Origin: Candidatus Sericytochromatia bacterium
GTDB taxonomy: Bacteria > Cyanobacteriota > Sericytochromatia > S15B-MN24 > JAQBPE01
Reading direction: 5' to 3'
Assembly: GCA_040400605.1 (NCBI GenBank)
Contig: JBBAPZ010000002.1
Coordinates: 187,750-225,078 of the forward strand
Length of the DNA: 37,329 bases
Of this stretch, positions 1 to 9,343 are shown one piece after another. The stretch's first letter is position 1. Each line of letters starts with the position of its first letter. Both the position numbers and the translations under genes were made by a program. Below the pieces are notes generated by a model. That model did not search any database. It saw only the letters and a program-made list of their open reading frames with translations, and had not been told where the DNA came from.

Positions 1-2
1 AA

Positions 3-1355
3 CGGTTGTCGGATAGTCTGCGGGCACTCGGGCTTGAGATGCACCGCCTCAAGACTGGTACCCCGCCGCGCATTGCCGCCGATTCGATTGACTACGCGCA
101 GATGGTCGAAGACCGTGGCGACGACGGCGCACTGCATTTTTCGTTCGAGCAGGTGCGATCCAGCCTGCCCCAGTTGTCATGCTGGCAAACCCACACCAAT
201 CTGGACACCCACGCGGTTATTTTGGCCAACCTCGATCGCTCCCCCATCTACGGCGGACAAATCGAAAGCGTCGGCCCACGCTATTGCCCCTCCATCGAAG
301 ACAAGGTGGTGCGCTTCAAAGATAAAGACAGCCACCCCATTTTCGTCGAACCCGAGGACGCTACGGCAACCGTCATGTACCTGCAAGGGCTCTCAACCTC
401 ACTGCCTGAGGATGTCCAAGAAGCTTTCGTTCGCACCATTCCAGGTTTGCAGCGGGCACACATTCTTAAATACGGTTATGCAGTCGAGTACGACTGCATC
501 CCGGCAACCCAGCTTGAAGCCACCTTGCAGACCAAGATGGTGCGGGGTTTGTTTGCGGCCGGGCAATTGAACGGGACCTCCGGGTATGAGGAGGCGGCTG
601 CCCAAGGCCTCGTCGCCGGCATTAACGCCGCCCGCTATGCGCAAGGCCAGGAACTCGTGGTTTTGCCGCGTCAGGAGAGCTACATCGGGACCCTGATTGA
701 TGATCTCGTGACCAAAGAGATCCGGGACCCTTACCGGATGCTCACCTCGCGATCGGAGTATCGCTTGACCCTGCGGCAAGACAATGCGGATCAACGCCTC
801 ACCCCCTTGGGCTACGCATTGGGACTCATCTCACACGATCGTTATGCCGCCTTTCAGGCCAAAATGGAAGCGATCGCAACCGAACAACACTGGCTGCAAC
901 AGGTTCGGGTGCACCCCGGCACAGAAGAAGCCGCGCGCTTCACAACCCTTACGGGCGAAAGTCTGGAGCGATCGCAAACGCTCGAAGAACTCCTGAGACG
1001 CCCGCCCGTTCACTTGCGCCACCTGCTCGCCACGCGCCAGCGTGACCCGGCAGAAGTCGCCCCGTTGGTTGCCGAACAGGTCACCATACAAGCCAAGTAC
1101 GCAGGGTACATCAAGCGCCAAGCCCTTCAAATCGAACGAACACAACGCCTTGAGGATCGCAGGATTCCCGAGGACTTCGATTACTTCGCACTCACCGGGC
1201 TCTCGCGCGAGGCGCAAGATAAACTGACGCGTGTTCAACCGCGCTCAATCGGGCAGGCCAGCCGCGTGGGGGGCGTGACCCCAGCGGATATATCCTTGCT
1301 GTTGATTCATCTGGAGATGACCCATCGCACGCGGTCGCTGGCCGCCCACGCCTGA
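3..1355 (+). CDS. mnmG: tRNA uridine-5-carboxymethylaminomethyl(34) synthesis enzyme MnmG/GidA, 5'-truncated by the window edge
   Basis: Motifs RLKTGTPPR, GPRYCPSIEDK, AGQLNGTSGYEEAAAQG, YRMLTSRSEYRL and the C-terminal ASRVGGVTPADIS. The frame is open from position 3. Confidence 0.97.
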   Translation, partial: RLSDSLRALGLEMHRLKTGTPPRIAADSIDYAQMVEDRGDDGALHFSFEQVRSSLPQLSCWQTHTNLDTHAVILANLDRSPIYGGQIESVGPRYCPSIEDKVVRFKDKDSHPIFVEPEDATATVMYLQGLSTSLPEDVQEAFVRTIPGLQRAHILKYGYAVEYDCIPATQLEATLQTKMVRGLFAAGQLNGTSGYEEAAAQGLVAGINAARYAQGQELVVLPRQESYIGTLIDDLVTKEIRDPYRMLTSRSEYRLTLRQDNADQRLTPLGYALGLISHDRYAAFQAKMEAIATEQHWLQQVRVHPGTEEAARFTTLTGESLERSQTLEELLRRPPVHLRHLLATRQRDPAEVAPLVAEQVTIQAKYAGYIKRQALQIERTQRLEDRRIPEDFDYFALTGLSREAQDKLTRVQPRSIGQASRVGGVTPADISLLLIHLEMTHRTRSLAAHA

Positions 1356-1373
1356 TCACCCGTTTAATGGGAT

Positions 1374-1404
1374 ACCCGCGCAGAGCGCTCTGTTCTGCGC
1401 GGGT
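1374..1404. terminator. GC-rich hairpin between convergent genes (probable bidirectional terminator)
   Basis: acccgcgcagagc-gctct-gttctgcgcgggt forms a 13-bp stem with one G-U pair on +. No clear U-tract follows. Confidence 0.6.
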
Positions 1405-1429
1405 GACTTGATGCGTTAGTCCTGATGCG

Positions 1430-4400
1430 TTAGCGTGCGGCTGCGGGTTGATTCAGCAAGGCTTCGGCTTCGCGGCGGTCGATGTAGGGGGTAAATACCG
1501 CTTCGCCTCGGTCGTTGGTGAAACCCGCGGCTAGGTTGTTTTTGCGCTTGAAGTCGATGATTGCAGCAATGGTTGCTTCATCGAAGGTACCGGTGGTTGG
1601 CACTTGATAACCGTTTGCCACCAAGGCGTTTTGCACGGTTTGGCGATCCGCCAGACTGCCTGTTTCTGCCCCAACCGCTTCCTTGGCCAAACGAGCGGCC
1701 TCTTTGACCGCGGCTTCGCTAGCGCGTTCTGTCCGCAAACTGGGATCTTGCAGCAGGCGCAAGGCAATCCCCATCGCGTTCAGGGTTGTTGCATCCGCGT
1801 AAGGGTTCACATCCGACATGGGTTTGCCATCTGGCCCCATCACATTGTAGCTTTGCGTCAAACCTGCCAGACGTTTGAACGTAACCACTGCCATCCCCGT
1901 CGGGCTCATTGGCTGCCCTTGCGCGTCCAGACGGACTTGGCCTTGGGCATCTTTTTCAACGAATTCACCGGTTGCTTTGACATTGTCGAAGCCCAGCTTG
2001 CCAAGCAATTGCTGCAAGGCTTGCACGTCTTCCTTGCTACCCGCGTCGGGTCCGATGGCGTTTGTTGCGTAACTGGCTACCTCAGCCTGGAAGTTCGCCC
2101 AGTTGGCGTCGCTTGGCTCAAGACCAAACTGCGCCGTCACCTGCGCCCTTTGTGCAGCGGCTTGGGCATTGGCGGGGCTACCCGTTTGCGTGGCCGGTGC
2201 CGGAGCAGCTGGGGCTTGTGCGGGCGTTGGCACACCGGGAGTCTGGCTCTGTGCGGTCGCGGGCCTGCCAGGTAACTGCAGTTGCCACCCTGAGCGAATG
2301 TAATCGGGGTTGTTGGCCAGCGTGGGATAACGCCCCTGGTTGGCACGCTGAATCTGCGGCCACGAAGTGTAACCACCCATTTGATTCACTGCAATGTCAG
2401 ACAGGGTGTCGCCCGGGCGGACCGTGTATTGGGCCGGGGTCTGAACTGCGCCGGGTGCGTTGACCGGTGACTGACCCGGAACGGTTGGCTTGGGCGCAGC
2501 GCCGACTTTGAGGTTCATTTTGTCAAAAGCGTTTCGGTTGGCCAGCATCTCAGCAGCCGGCGCATTCGCCAAGGTGGCTTTGAGCTGCGCCAGTTTTTGC
2601 TTGTCAGGGCCATTGGTTTTGGCCATGCGTTGATCGATTTCTTGCAGCAACGCCCGTTTGTAGGACTCTGCCTCTTCCCCGCTTGCGGGTTTTGTGCCTT
2701 CGCCCGTTCCGGGCTTGGCGCCCGCAGGCCGCTGTTCTTTCGCTGGCTCTTCCACACCCAGTCCCATTTCAGCAAGTTCTGCGCGCCCGGCCAACACTTT
2801 CACAGCCGGTGCGGCCGCAAGCTCCGCCCTCAACTTGGCGATATTCTCTTTTTGGGGGCCCTTGACTTGTGCCAGTGCCCCATCGATCTGCTTCAGGATC
2901 ATTGCTTTAAACGCCTCAGCGTCCTGTGGTTTGACGTCCCCTGCTTGCTGACCGTTCGCTGGCTCTTCCACACCCAATCCCATTTCGGCAAGTTTTGCGC
3001 GCCCGGCCAACACTTTCACAGCCGGTGCAGCCGCAAGCTCCGCCCTCAACTTGGCGATCGCCTCCTTTTGTGGGCCCTGGACCTGTGCCCACGCTTCATC
3101 AACCTGCTTCAGAATCATCGCCTTGAATGCTTCAGCATCCTGTGGTGAGGCCGCATCTTCCTTCGCGGTTGGTGTTTTCAGCGGGATCGTGAGACCTTTC
3201 TCATCCAGTTGCGGTTTGATGCCCAGCACATCCTCTGCGGACATACCCTGCAATTCATCACGCAGCTTGCGCAAACTATCCTGTTCCTTGCCACTCAACT
3301 TGCCAACCGCCGCACCAAGTGCTGCCAGCACCGCGGCTTTATAGCTTTCCGCCTCACCGGGCTGCGCCTCCACGCTGAGGCCCATGCCTTCGATTTTTGG
3401 GCGCGCCGCAAGCAGTTCTGCATCACTCAGTTTTTCGAGTTCAGCAGCAAACTCCCGCGCATTTTCCCGTGCTTTCGCGAGGTTTTTGAAACCCTCGCCA
3501 AACTGTTTCAGTACGTAAGCCTTCAGCCCTTCCGCATCCTTGGGCGCCTTGGTGAGATCGATTCCGAGGTTCTTTTCAAGATCCTTGCGCCCCTTCAGCA
3601 TATCGGCTGCTTCCATGGCTTCAAGCGCCATGCGCGTCGCATCGAGCTCGGCGGTTTGCTGGGTCAGTGCGTCCAACTGCGCATCGATGGCGCGCGTCAG
3701 GTTCGCCCGGTAGTAAGCGCCGGCCCCTGTGATGTCCTCGCCACTGGCTGCGCGAAGACCCATCCGGCCGAGATTAACCGTATTCCCGATCACTGTGCCG
3801 TAACCGATCGTCTTGCCGGGGTTGTTCCACATCGCACCAACAGCTCTAAATGGCGCTCTTCCGACATCAGCCAGGTTTGGCGCCCGGCTGCTGGCAATCT
3901 TGGACCAGTTGATTTCAGGCAGCTTGATCGTCGGTAATTCGATCGCACCCAGGCCCTGACGCAAGAAGTCACCCACGCCCCGCGCCGTGTTATCGATGGC
4001 ACGCCCCATATTGGGTAGAAAGTCGCGCACGCCCCGCGCATAATCACCCCACGTGACCGGTTGATCCATATGGTTGATGATGCGCTTGCCAGAGTCACTA
4101 ATCTTCTGGAAACCGCCTCCGATCGCATTGCCAAAATCATCAAGGCCCGCTCCCATACCTGCCCCGATACGCTCAAAGCCGCCAACGGGTTTGCCCGCGT
4201 AAAGTTTCTGTACGAGCTCAGCCGTGCGCGGTTCGGTCTGCAAAGCCTTCAAGAGCTTGTCCTTCTGCTCCGCAATGGCGGCGCTCCAAGCCGTGTCTTG
4301 CTTTCTGATCAACAAATCATCATAGCGTCTGAGTTGCGTTGCGATCGCATCCGCACTACGCAAATTGGAAACCGATGCAACCAGTTTGGCGTTGCGCGCG

Positions 4401-5290
4401 CCTTCCACCATGATCCGTGTCGTTTCTTGCATCGCCTTCGCCGCGCCCGGCTGGCCAAGCATTGCCAGCAAGTCATCCGTCGGCACACCATGCTTGATAC
4501 CCGTCATCACAAAGGGCAAATGTTTCTGCGCAGCATCATGACCAAGGATGCCAAGCAACTTGTCGGGTCCCAACCCATGACGCGCCCCCACGACCATCAA
4601 ATGGTGCGCCTGCTCCACCGAACTCTGGCTAGCCTTTGCTGCCATTTGGCCAATCGCCGCATCATCAAGACCACTTTGCGCCAACTGGCGCGCCAATTTG
4701 TCCGCCACGTTGCGCGTCGCCATCGACTGTGCCACTTCCGGTGTCAAAGCCTTGGTCGCTGCAGTCAACTTCTGGGCATAACCTTTCGAACCGGCAACAA
4801 CCCCCTGCTCGGCCAGACCACGCGCCGCTTTGGCCTTGGCCACGCGCTGCGCCATGGCCTGTGTGACTTCCGCCGCTTGCTGGCTCATCATCGTCGTCGG
4901 CTCAGCGACCTTGGCGCCAGTGCCCTTCTTGCTCGCAACCCCCGAGCCCAAGACCACGCTCAAGACTTGAAAGGTCGCACGTCCACCAATCTCACCGTAG
5001 CGCCCCTGCTGATGCGCCACCACATAGGGGTTCACGATCGCCGACACCGCCTGCCCCGGATGCGTCGCCATATAAACCAACCCGCTCGCCGTTTTGAAAG
5101 GATTCGTGGTGAGCAGAGTGTAGACACCGGTTGCCGCCTGGACGCCCTCTTTGACAAAACCATCAAAGAAGCCCGTCACCTGATTGATCTCAGGCGTGGC
5201 AGGCGCAGCCGGCTTAGCCGGTGCCGCCTGACGCGCTACCGGACCGGGACGGCTGGCTGGATTCAGGGGTTGATTCAACTCGGGACCCAT
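1430..5290 (-). CDS. Large (~1286 aa) protein with six helical repeats, a LysM domain and two C-terminal peptidoglycan-binding (PG_binding_1-like) domains
   Basis: LysM: YTVRPGDTLSDIA...NPDYIRSGWQLQLP. PGBD-like: EDVQALQQLLGKLGF..ATGEF and TVQNALVANGY..TGTFDEATIAAIIDFKRKNNL. Start moved to ATG 5290, which follows GAGGAGG. Confidence 0.85.
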   Translation of the reverse strand: MGPELNQPLNPASRPGPVARQAAPAKPAAPATPEINQVTGFFDGFVKEGVQAATGVYTLLTTNPFKTASGLVYMATHPGQAVSAIVNPYVVAHQQGRYGEIGGRATFQVLSVVLGSGVASKKGTGAKVAEPTTMMSQQAAEVTQAMAQRVAKAKAARGLAEQGVVAGSKGYAQKLTAATKALTPEVAQSMATRNVADKLARQLAQSGLDDAAIGQMAAKASQSSVEQAHHLMVVGARHGLGPDKLLGILGHDAAQKHLPFVMTGIKHGVPTDDLLAMLGQPGAAKAMQETTRIMVEGARNAKLVASVSNLRSADAIATQLRRYDDLLIRKQDTAWSAAIAEQKDKLLKALQTEPRTAELVQKLYAGKPVGGFERIGAGMGAGLDDFGNAIGGGFQKISDSGKRIINHMDQPVTWGDYARGVRDFLPNMGRAIDNTARGVGDFLRQGLGAIELPTIKLPEINWSKIASSRAPNLADVGRAPFRAVGAMWNNPGKTIGYGTVIGNTVNLGRMGLRAASGEDITGAGAYYRANLTRAIDAQLDALTQQTAELDATRMALEAMEAADMLKGRKDLEKNLGIDLTKAPKDAEGLKAYVLKQFGEGFKNLAKARENAREFAAELEKLSDAELLAARPKIEGMGLSVEAQPGEAESYKAAVLAALGAAVGKLSGKEQDSLRKLRDELQGMSAEDVLGIKPQLDEKGLTIPLKTPTAKEDAASPQDAEAFKAMILKQVDEAWAQVQGPQKEAIAKLRAELAAAPAVKVLAGRAKLAEMGLGVEEPANGQQAGDVKPQDAEAFKAMILKQIDGALAQVKGPQKENIAKLRAELAAAPAVKVLAGRAELAEMGLGVEEPAKEQRPAGAKPGTGEGTKPASGEEAESYKRALLQEIDQRMAKTNGPDKQKLAQLKATLANAPAAEMLANRNAFDKMNLKVGAAPKPTVPGQSPVNAPGAVQTPAQYTVRPGDTLSDIAVNQMGGYTSWPQIQRANQGRYPTLANNPDYIRSGWQLQLPGRPATAQSQTPGVPTPAQAPAAPAPATQTGSPANAQAAAQRAQVTAQFGLEPSDANWANFQAEVASYATNAIGPDAGSKEDVQALQQLLGKLGFDNVKATGEFVEKDAQGQVRLDAQGQPMSPTGMAVVTFKRLAGLTQSYNVMGPDGKPMSDVNPYADATTLNAMGIALRLLQDPSLRTERASEAAVKEAARLAKEAVGAETGSLADRQTVQNALVANGYQVPTTGTFDEATIAAIIDFKRKNNLAAGFTNDRGEAVFTPYIDRREAEALLNQPAAAR
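2741..3144 (-). repeat. Near-identical intragenic tandem duplication, period 216 nt (72 aa)
   Basis: cgctggctcttccacaccca...caacttggcgat starts at 2741 and again at 2957. It encodes PQDAEAFKAMILKQ...AKLRAELAAAPAVKVLAGRAxLAEMGLGVEEPA twice. Confidence 0.9.
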
Positions 5291-5454
5291 GGTCGCCTCC
5301 TCAAACAAGGGGACACACGCTGACGCGTACCATCGTGTTTATCGTTGGATTTGCCCTGTTGCTTGCGCATCAAAGCCCGTTATAACCAACTTTTAACACT
5401 TGGTGATCGCCTGGTGCCTGGCCCGGTCAGCCAAGCGGTACGCGCTACACTTGT

Positions 5455-5480
5455 CTTATACCCGAAAGCAGGGGTTTGAC
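5455..5480 (-). promoter_or_regulatory. Putative SigF/SigB-type promoter of the LysM giant gene
   Basis: Minus strand reads GTCAAAC-ccct-GCTTT-CGGGTATAAG, nearly the same as the motif at 33811-33837. Confidence 0.45.
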
Positions 5481-5554
5481 ACGCTCAAGTAAAGAATGAT
5501 CAATTATTTGTTAAGCTTCGCCTGCGCGCGATCGCCCGACTGACACCCGCTTGC

Positions 5555-6136
5555 CTAAAGCGCCACGATAACCACCGTCAGGACGCCAACGATTCCTAAC
5601 AGCAAGGGCAAGGCCAAAAGCGTGATGACGCTGCCAAAAATGGCCATTGTCGCCTGTTTGCCGGTGATGCCCAGGGTACCTGCGATCGCCCCTTGCAACG
5701 CCTTGAGCCACCACACCCAAACAACCAAGGTGCCCACAGCCGCAACGCTTGGCCCCCACCCACCACGCGCCGCCAACGCATGCAACGGTGCGAGCAGACA
5801 CCATGGCAAAGTGCTCAGCGCTGTCGCCCCCAACAACTGACCCAGCGTCGCCTCCGCAGCCACCCCGCGCGTGAGCAAATACAAAATTCCCGAGCCCAGA
5901 CACCACAACAGCACCAGCCAACAGCCAATCATCACGATCATCAACCACAACGACACCAAGGTGCCGGCGTGAATCAACGCCAACATCACACTCACCAACA
6001 ACAAGACCGCCAATCCAAGCGGCAAGGTGCCGGGTTTGACCGGTGCAGTAAAAGCCTCCGCGGGCCGGAACAACACCGCGTAAATTTGCTCCCAGGCGTC
6101 CAATCTGGGCGTTTGAGCCAACTCAGGGTTATTCAT
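5555..6136 (-). CDS. Yip1-family membrane protein
   Basis: N-terminal 'IYAVLFRPAEAF' and about five hydrophobic helices. The start overlaps the sppA stop. Confidence 0.75.
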   Translation of the reverse strand: MNNPELAQTPRLDAWEQIYAVLFRPAEAFTAPVKPGTLPLGLAVLLLVSVMLALIHAGTLVSLWLMIVMIGCWLVLLWCLGSGILYLLTRGVAAEATLGQLLGATALSTLPWCLLAPLHALAARGGWGPSVAAVGTLVVWVWWLKALQGAIAGTLGITGKQATMAIFGSVITLLALPLLLGIVGVLTVVIVAL

Positions 6137-7097
6137 ACAACATCAACGGCACTTTGTTCAGCGTAGCAGGTAAAACGGGCGAAGCACCCAATAGGCCAGC
6201 CAACGGTTCCGCCCGGCTGCCAAGCAGGTTTTTGACCACGCGCGTCCAGTTGTCGGCGCCATAATCAATCACCTCTGCGTCTTCATCAAGTTTGGCAAGG
6301 CTGCGAGCCAGGATTAACGCATCGTCGAGGTTGCCGAGTTGATCCACCAGCCGGTGCTTCAACGCCTGCCGCCCCGTATAAATACGCCCATCGGCCAGCG
6401 TTCGCACCTGCGTGACGGGCATCTGCCGCCCAACGGCCACCGCCTGCACAAACTCACCATAGGTGTCATCGATGATGCTTTGCAGAATCTGCCGCTCTTC
6501 ACCCGTCATTGGGCGATCGGGTGAACCAATGTCTTTGTGCTTGCCACTTTTGACAACCACACTGTTCACCCCCACCTTGCCCAGCAAGGACTGGTAATTC
6601 ATCAAATGCATGATGACGCCAATGCTGCCGGTCAACGTGGAAGGGTTGGCCACGATGCGATCCGCTGCACACGCAATATAATAACCACCAGACGCCGCCA
6701 CATCACCAAACGATGCCACCACCTTGACGCCCCGCGTCTTCTTCAACTGCAAAATCTTGTCGTGTATCGCACTCGATGCAGCTGCCGAACCACCCGGACT
6801 GTTGATGCGCAACACCAGTACACCCAAGTCGTCATCCGCCATCTCATCCAACGTCTCGATGATGCCCCGGGCCCCTGCCCCACTGCTCCCGAAGCCACCC
6901 ACCTCGTCTTCGGTGATCATCCCATCAATCGCCAAAAACCCGATGTGATCGCCCTGTTTCAAAACGCGCTCGCTCAAGCCGACTTCGCGCTTGTGCCCAC
7001 CGTCGTCGTGCCTCCGAGCAACCGTGAACCAACTACCCAAGGCTGCCAGCAAACAAGCGCCAAGCACGCCCACCGCCATCACCCGTTCCCACTTCAC
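6129..7097 (-). CDS. sppA: Signal peptide peptidase SppA (peptidase S49, short type)
   Basis: LRINSPGGS, DVAASGGYYIA, TGSIGV, KSGKHKD, ADGRIYTGRQA; N-terminal TM anchor. Confidence 0.95.
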   Translation of the reverse strand: MKWERVMAVGVLGACLLAALGSWFTVARRHDDGGHKREVGLSERVLKQGDHIGFLAIDGMITEDEVGGFGSSGAGARGIIETLDEMADDDLGVLVLRINSPGGSAAASSAIHDKILQLKKTRGVKVVASFGDVAASGGYYIACAADRIVANPSTLTGSIGVIMHLMNYQSLLGKVGVNSVVVKSGKHKDIGSPDRPMTGEERQILQSIIDDTYGEFVQAVAVGRQMPVTQVRTLADGRIYTGRQALKHRLVDQLGNLDDALILARSLAKLDEDAEVIDYGADNWTRVVKNLLGSRAEPLAGLLGASPVLPATLNKVPLMLYE

Positions 7098-7100
7098 ACC

Positions 7101-7760
7101 TTACCTGCTTTCCCCAACTCCACCCCCGGAATCCGTTGCACCCTTCAACAGATCCATCAGGTGAGTACACGCTGCATGATACACCGCTTCCGGCGATTGG
7201 CGGGCATCCAATACCCGAAACCGCTCCGGGTGCCCCTCGGCCAGCGCAAGATACGTCGCGCGTACACGTTCATGAAACAGTACAGCCTCTTCTTCGATGC
7301 GATCCGCTTCGGCCCGCGCCTGCAGCCGCTTTAAACCAACTTCAACCGGCAAGTCCAAAAGCAGGGTCAGATGAGGCGTCAGATTCCCCGTCGCGAGTTC
7401 GTGCAAATTTTGCAGCAACGACACCGGTAACCCACGTCCACCACCCTGGTAAGCAACGGTTGAATCATAAAAGCGATCGCACAGCACCACCGCCCCCGCT
7501 GCCAACGCGGGACGCACCACCTCCTCGACGTGCTGCGCGCGATCCGCCGCATACAACAACAACTCGCTCATCGGCGCCATTCGCCCAAACTCACGATCAA
7601 GCAACACCGCGCGAATCGCCCGCCCAATTGCCGTTCCACCCGGATTGCGCGTCACAATACAATGCCTGTTCGACGCATTCAACCACCGCCCCAGGGCCAT
7701 GAGCAAGGTGCTTTTACCGGCCCCCTCCGGCCCCTCTAAGGTGACAAAAAATCCCGGCAT
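7101..7760 (-). CDS. tmk: Thymidylate kinase
   Basis: FVTLEGPEGAGKST, LLYAADRAQH, LCDRFYDSTVAYQGGGRG, DRIE. Confidence 0.97.
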   Translation of the reverse strand: MPGFFVTLEGPEGAGKSTLLMALGRWLNASNRHCIVTRNPGGTAIGRAIRAVLLDREFGRMAPMSELLLYAADRAQHVEEVVRPALAAGAVVLCDRFYDSTVAYQGGGRGLPVSLLQNLHELATGNLTPHLTLLLDLPVEVGLKRLQARAEADRIEEEAVLFHERVRATYLALAEGHPERFRVLDARQSPEAVYHAACTHLMDLLKGATDSGGGVGESR

Positions 7761-9343
7761 CAGTTCGGAAAAATCCTCAAACGTCGGTTTGGCTCTTCAC
7801 CGTACGATTCCGAGCGCAGGTTGTACCGTTCGGCCATCAAATGCTGGATCCGGCGGATCTTTGGTGATCGCGGGTTCAATTCCGCAGGCTCGGAGCGATT
7901 CAACACCGCTTCGATTGCGCTTTGCGCCTCCTGCAAAGCCTCTTCTTCCTCTTCGCTCAAGTGCTCAGGCAACTGATCCAATTCTTTCGGTTTACCCAAA
8001 GGCCCCGTTAAAGCCCCATTGCCACCACCTTGGTCGAGGTGCATCACCTCCCGCATAGACTTTTGAATCTGTGGAATTGTATTGGCCTTGACGACGTAAA
8101 TCGGAACCTTCCGCGCCTCCGCCTGCTCAAAAATACGCCCCCCGTTTTTAGCATAGGAGCGTAACACCAACACAACATCCGCATCGTCAACATTCTTGGT
8201 CACAACCGCCGGCAGGCGCAAGGTCCGAATCACCCGCTCCAACTGCGATCGCGACACCGCATACGGAAAAATACGCATCCGCGCCACGCCATCCGACGCT
8301 TCGGGTCCACGACGTTCCTCTGCCTCATACGCCGTCTCCCGCAAGACCTTGACTTGACCATCTTCTCCAAGCGCCCGGATCTCCGGCTGCGGCATATAGC
8401 CCCGCAAGAGCTGATCCACCACCTCTGCCACATCCAGATGCAACGCCAAACGATCCCGATCCTGCAACTCAATCGCAATATCAAAGGTCGGGGGCGCCTT
8501 GCGCTCCAAAATTGTCTTTTGCGTCCCCCGACGCCTGGCCTCCTCATCCGACAAGGTCACTGACTGAATGCCGCCCACCAGATCCGACAAAGTCGGGTTC
8601 ATCAACAGGTTTTCAAGCGAATTGCCGTGCGCCGTGCCAATCAGCTGCACCCCCCGCTCCGCGATCGTACGCGCCGCAAAAGCCTCTTTTTCCGTTCCAA
8701 TCTCATCGATGACGATCACCTCCGGCATGTGATTCTCCACTGCCTCAATCATCACCCCCTCCTGTGCATCCGGCGTCGCCACCTGCATCCGCCGCGCGCG
8801 CCCAATCGCGGGATGCGCGATATCCCCATCGCCTGCAATCTCGTTGCTCGTATCAATCACAATCACGCGCTTGGCCGCCTCATCAGCCAACACCCGCGCA
8901 ATCTCACGCAACTTGGTCGTCTTGCCAACCCCGGGACGCCCCATAATCAAAATCGAGCGACCGGACTCTACTAAATCCCGAATGATGTCGATTGTCCCCA
9001 AAATCGCCCGACCCACCCGACACGTGAGCCCAATCACCCGGCCCTGTCGATTGCGAATGGCCGAAATTCGATGCAAGGTCCGCTCGATGCCCGCCCGGTT
9101 ATCCCCCGAAAACGCCCCCACTCGCGCTACAACGTGCTCGAGGTCTTCGCGCGTCACAGGGTCTTGCCCCAGCACCACCACCCGCCCTGGAAAACGCCCT
9201 TCCGGCACGCGACCCAGGTCCAACACGATCTCGATCAAATCCTCCAGACCGCTTTGCGCCCGCAAGGCTTCCGAGATCGGAATCGGCAATATGGCCAGCA
9301 ACTGGTCAAGGTTATCCGTGACGCGTTTTTCATGTCGATGCAT
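7760..9343 (-). CDS. Ycf45/SpoIIIAA-like AAA ATPase with a C-terminal R3H domain
   Basis: DNRAGIERTLHRISAIRNR, Walker A GRPGVGKT, IDTSNEIAGDGD, EAVENHMPEVIVIDEIG, R3H motif RRIQH. RBS AAGGAGG. Confidence 0.92.
   Translation of the reverse strand: MHRHEKRVTDNLDQLLAILPIPISEALRAQSGLEDLIEIVLDLGRVPEGRFPGRVVVLGQDPVTREDLEHVVARVGAFSGDNRAGIERTLHRISAIRNRQGRVIGLTCRVGRAILGTIDIIRDLVESGRSILIMGRPGVGKTTKLREIARVLADEAAKRVIVIDTSNEIAGDGDIAHPAIGRARRMQVATPDAQEGVMIEAVENHMPEVIVIDEIGTEKEAFAARTIAERGVQLIGTAHGNSLENLLMNPTLSDLVGGIQSVTLSDEEARRRGTQKTILERKAPPTFDIAIELQDRDRLALHLDVAEVVDQLLRGYMPQPEIRALGEDGQVKVLRETAYEAEERRGPEASDGVARMRIFPYAVSRSQLERVIRTLRLPAVVTKNVDDADVVLVLRSYAKNGGRIFEQAEARKVPIYVVKANTIPQIQKSMREVMHLDQGGGNGALTGPLGKPKELDQLPEHLSEEEEEALQEAQSAIEAVLNRSEPAELNPRSPKIRRIQHLMAERYNLRSESYGEEPNRRLRIFPN

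Noticed and set aside
4061..5323. 420-aa plus-strand ORF and the many other long antisense ORFs
   Set aside because: Shadow frames of well-supported genes in GC-rich DNA, with no recognisable motifs.
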